Shown here piece by piece: positions 44,839 to 46,219 of a stretch of DNA of 46,219 bases. The DNA is taken from IMG/VR virus record IMGVR_UViG_3300037350_000040, positions 1 through 46,219 of that record; one strand, given 5' to 3'. The notes below the pieces were generated by a model. The model made no database searches, was not told the origin of the DNA, and worked only from the letters and a program-made list of their open reading frames with translations. The stretch comes from a virus. Its lineage: Duplodnaviria; Caudoviricetes. The number at the start of each line of letters is the position of its first letter. Within the stretch, counting starts at the first letter, position 1. The position numbers and the translations under genes were made by a program.

Positions 44839-45152
44839 TTCATCACGACCTTGCCGCAGGTCGTGCAGATCAGCAGCCCCGACGCCCCCCGCTTCTTGTG
44901 CGGGTGGGTGCAGACGGTTCGCTCCGAGGCGGTGATCACCGGCGCCGGCCGTGGTTCGCCCTCCATGGCTCCAGAGATGCTCACCCGGGCACTCATAGCC
45001 TCGCTCATCTTGATCGCGACGTACGTGGCCCGGGAGGCCTTCCCCCGGCGCTCATCGATCGCGGCCACGAGGCTCTCAGGCAGCCTCAGGGCGACCTGAA
45101 CGGTCGGCTCCTCGAACCGGCTGTACTCGGATCGTTCCTTCTTCTTGGTCAT
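44835..45152 (-). CDS. Ribbon-helix-helix DNA-binding protein with C-terminal Zn finger
   Basis: VQVALRLPESLVAAIDERRGKASRATYV; C.H...CTTCG. Confidence 0.7.
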   Translation of the reverse strand: MTKKKERSEYSRFEEPTVQVALRLPESLVAAIDERRGKASRATYVAIKMSEAMSARVSISGAMEGEPRPAPVITASERTVCTHPHKKRGASGLLICTTCGKVVMK

Positions 45153-45251
45153 CTGGCCTTCCCTGATCACACCGTTCGCCCGGAGGGAGTGGGAACCCGG
45201 GCGCACGGTCTTACCAGGGCCGCCCCGGCCGAGGCCGGATGCGCGGCTCCG

Positions 45252-45341
45252 TCAGAACCGCTTCGGCTCGCCGCCGCAGGCGGTCAAGATCGCCGCCACC
45301 AACGCCGCCACCGAGAACAACAGGTACTTCGCTCTGGTCAT
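45252..45341 (-). CDS. 29-aa lipoprotein-like peptide
   Basis: GGAGG RBS; MTRAKYLLFSVAALVAAILTA-CGGEPKRF with lipobox LTAC. Confidence 0.5.
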   Translation of the reverse strand: MTRAKYLLFSVAALVAAILTACGGEPKRF

Positions 45342-45392
45342 GCTCTACCTCCCCCCGGTTCTGATCGCGGTCCATCACCCTATCGATGGTCG

Positions 45393-46207
45393 TCATGATC
45401 CTCCCCTATCTGTCGGCTCGTCCTTGGAGGGCATGTCGCTGCCGTCACCGTCGCCCAAGTAGCCGGTGTCCTCGGTGTATGCGGACTCGTCCTCGGGCGG
45501 CTCGTCCTTGGTGGGGTGGAGGGCAGCGCGAGCGATGGAGCGCATGTTCTCGGCATCCACCCGGATGAACGGACCACGGGGCCGCTCGGCGGCTATCTCG
45601 GCTAGCGCACCCTCTAGCTCGGCCACGCGGGTCTGCGCCTTCGACGCGAGGATGTGGAGCTTGCGGTAGTCCTCGGCCCAGTCGCGTGCTTCGCCCTCTA
45701 ACTCGGCGATCCGGTCGGCACGCTTGCGGAGTTCGGCGTATACCTCGTCGGCTTGTTCCTTCGTCCACTTCATGCTTCCTCGTCCTTGGTGGGGGTGCGA
45801 CGCGGGATGCACGATGAGCGGCTGCGCTGGCTGCTGCGCCGTGATCGTGTCGGCCATCGCCTCAACGTCCTCGCGGCGTAGCTCGTCCTTGGGGGGCCGC
45901 TCGACCACGTGGTCTACGTCGTACCCCTGTTCGGCCTCGTCGGCCAGCTGCTCGAAGTCGGCGTCCGTGAGAACGCGCCCCGTCTTGGTGGTGCGCGGCT
46001 CGTCCTTGGTGGGGTGCCCGAGGTCGGCGATGGCGTCGGCGTTCGGGTGGTTCCAGTCCTTCGTGAGTCGCTGCGCCTCGGCTAGCGCACCCTCCAGCTC
46101 GGCCACGCGGTCGGTGGCGGCGTTGAGCGCGTTACGTGCCTTGTTGCGGTCCCGGTAGCGGTCGAGTGCCTGTTCCTCACGCAACCTCGAGTACTCCTGG
46201 GATGCGG
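45393..46207 (-). CDS. 3' part of modular coiled-coil protein; possible internal start at 45773
   Basis: RVAELEGALAE and (H)PTKDEP repeats; in frame with 580-1 across the join (465 codons in total). Confidence 0.7.
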
Positions 46208-46219
46208 CTAGCGCACCCT
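46208..46219. repeat. Terminal 12-nt overlap (ctagcgcaccct) identical to positions 1-12
   Basis: Direct match. Joining the ends gives in-frame ...RVAELEGALAASQEYSRLREEQ. Caveat: the same sequence is an internal repeat (45602, 46082). Confidence 0.75.

Larger units (their letters stand above)
1..46219. mobile_element. Tailed phage genome (podovirus-like, probable actinobacterial host), circularly permuted
   Basis: Contains terminase, portal, scaffold, capsid, adaptor/nozzle, ejection, lysis and replication genes, with no host housekeeping genes. No tape-measure or tail-tube gene is evident. Ends overlap by 12 nt. Confidence 0.93.

Noticed and set aside
1-46219. Frequent CTCGAG/TCGA sites
   Set aside because: Explained by common CTC-GAG (Leu-Glu) and NTC-GAN codon pairs in high-GC genes; no methyltransferase gene seen
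1-46219. Alternative genetic code or stop-codon reassignment
   Set aside because: Core genes are full length under the standard bacterial code, and all three stops are used as terminators

Overview
The window looks like a complete or near-complete, circularly permuted genome of a high-GC, podovirus-type tailed phage, probably infecting an actinobacterium (inference from GC content, holin and small-gene types). The last 12 nt repeat the first 12 nt, and joining the ends restores an open reading frame. Most genes lie on the minus strand in this order: accessory genes, terminase large subunit, portal, scaffold, SU10/DUF5309-like major capsid protein, a paralog-rich fibre/spike block, adaptor and nozzle, ejection proteins, lysis genes, then replication and recombination genes. 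A short plus-strand 'early' block (ArdC, GP88-like) diverges from a HGGxSTG-type terminase small subunit. I found no integrase, DNA polymerase, tRNA, CRISPR array or reverse transcriptase. The main leads are: (1) a GATAGGG start-associated motif at about a dozen non-structural genes, plus an intergenic three-stem RNA that displays the same motif in a loop; (2) two parallel fibre modules, each pairing a small paralogous subunit with a protein carrying LLxV..P repeats; (3) a shared N-terminal LxxLL motif on four consecutive ejection and muralytic proteins; (4) a repeat-linked modular coiled-coil gene across the contig join. All family assignments come from motif recognition by eye, not database searches.
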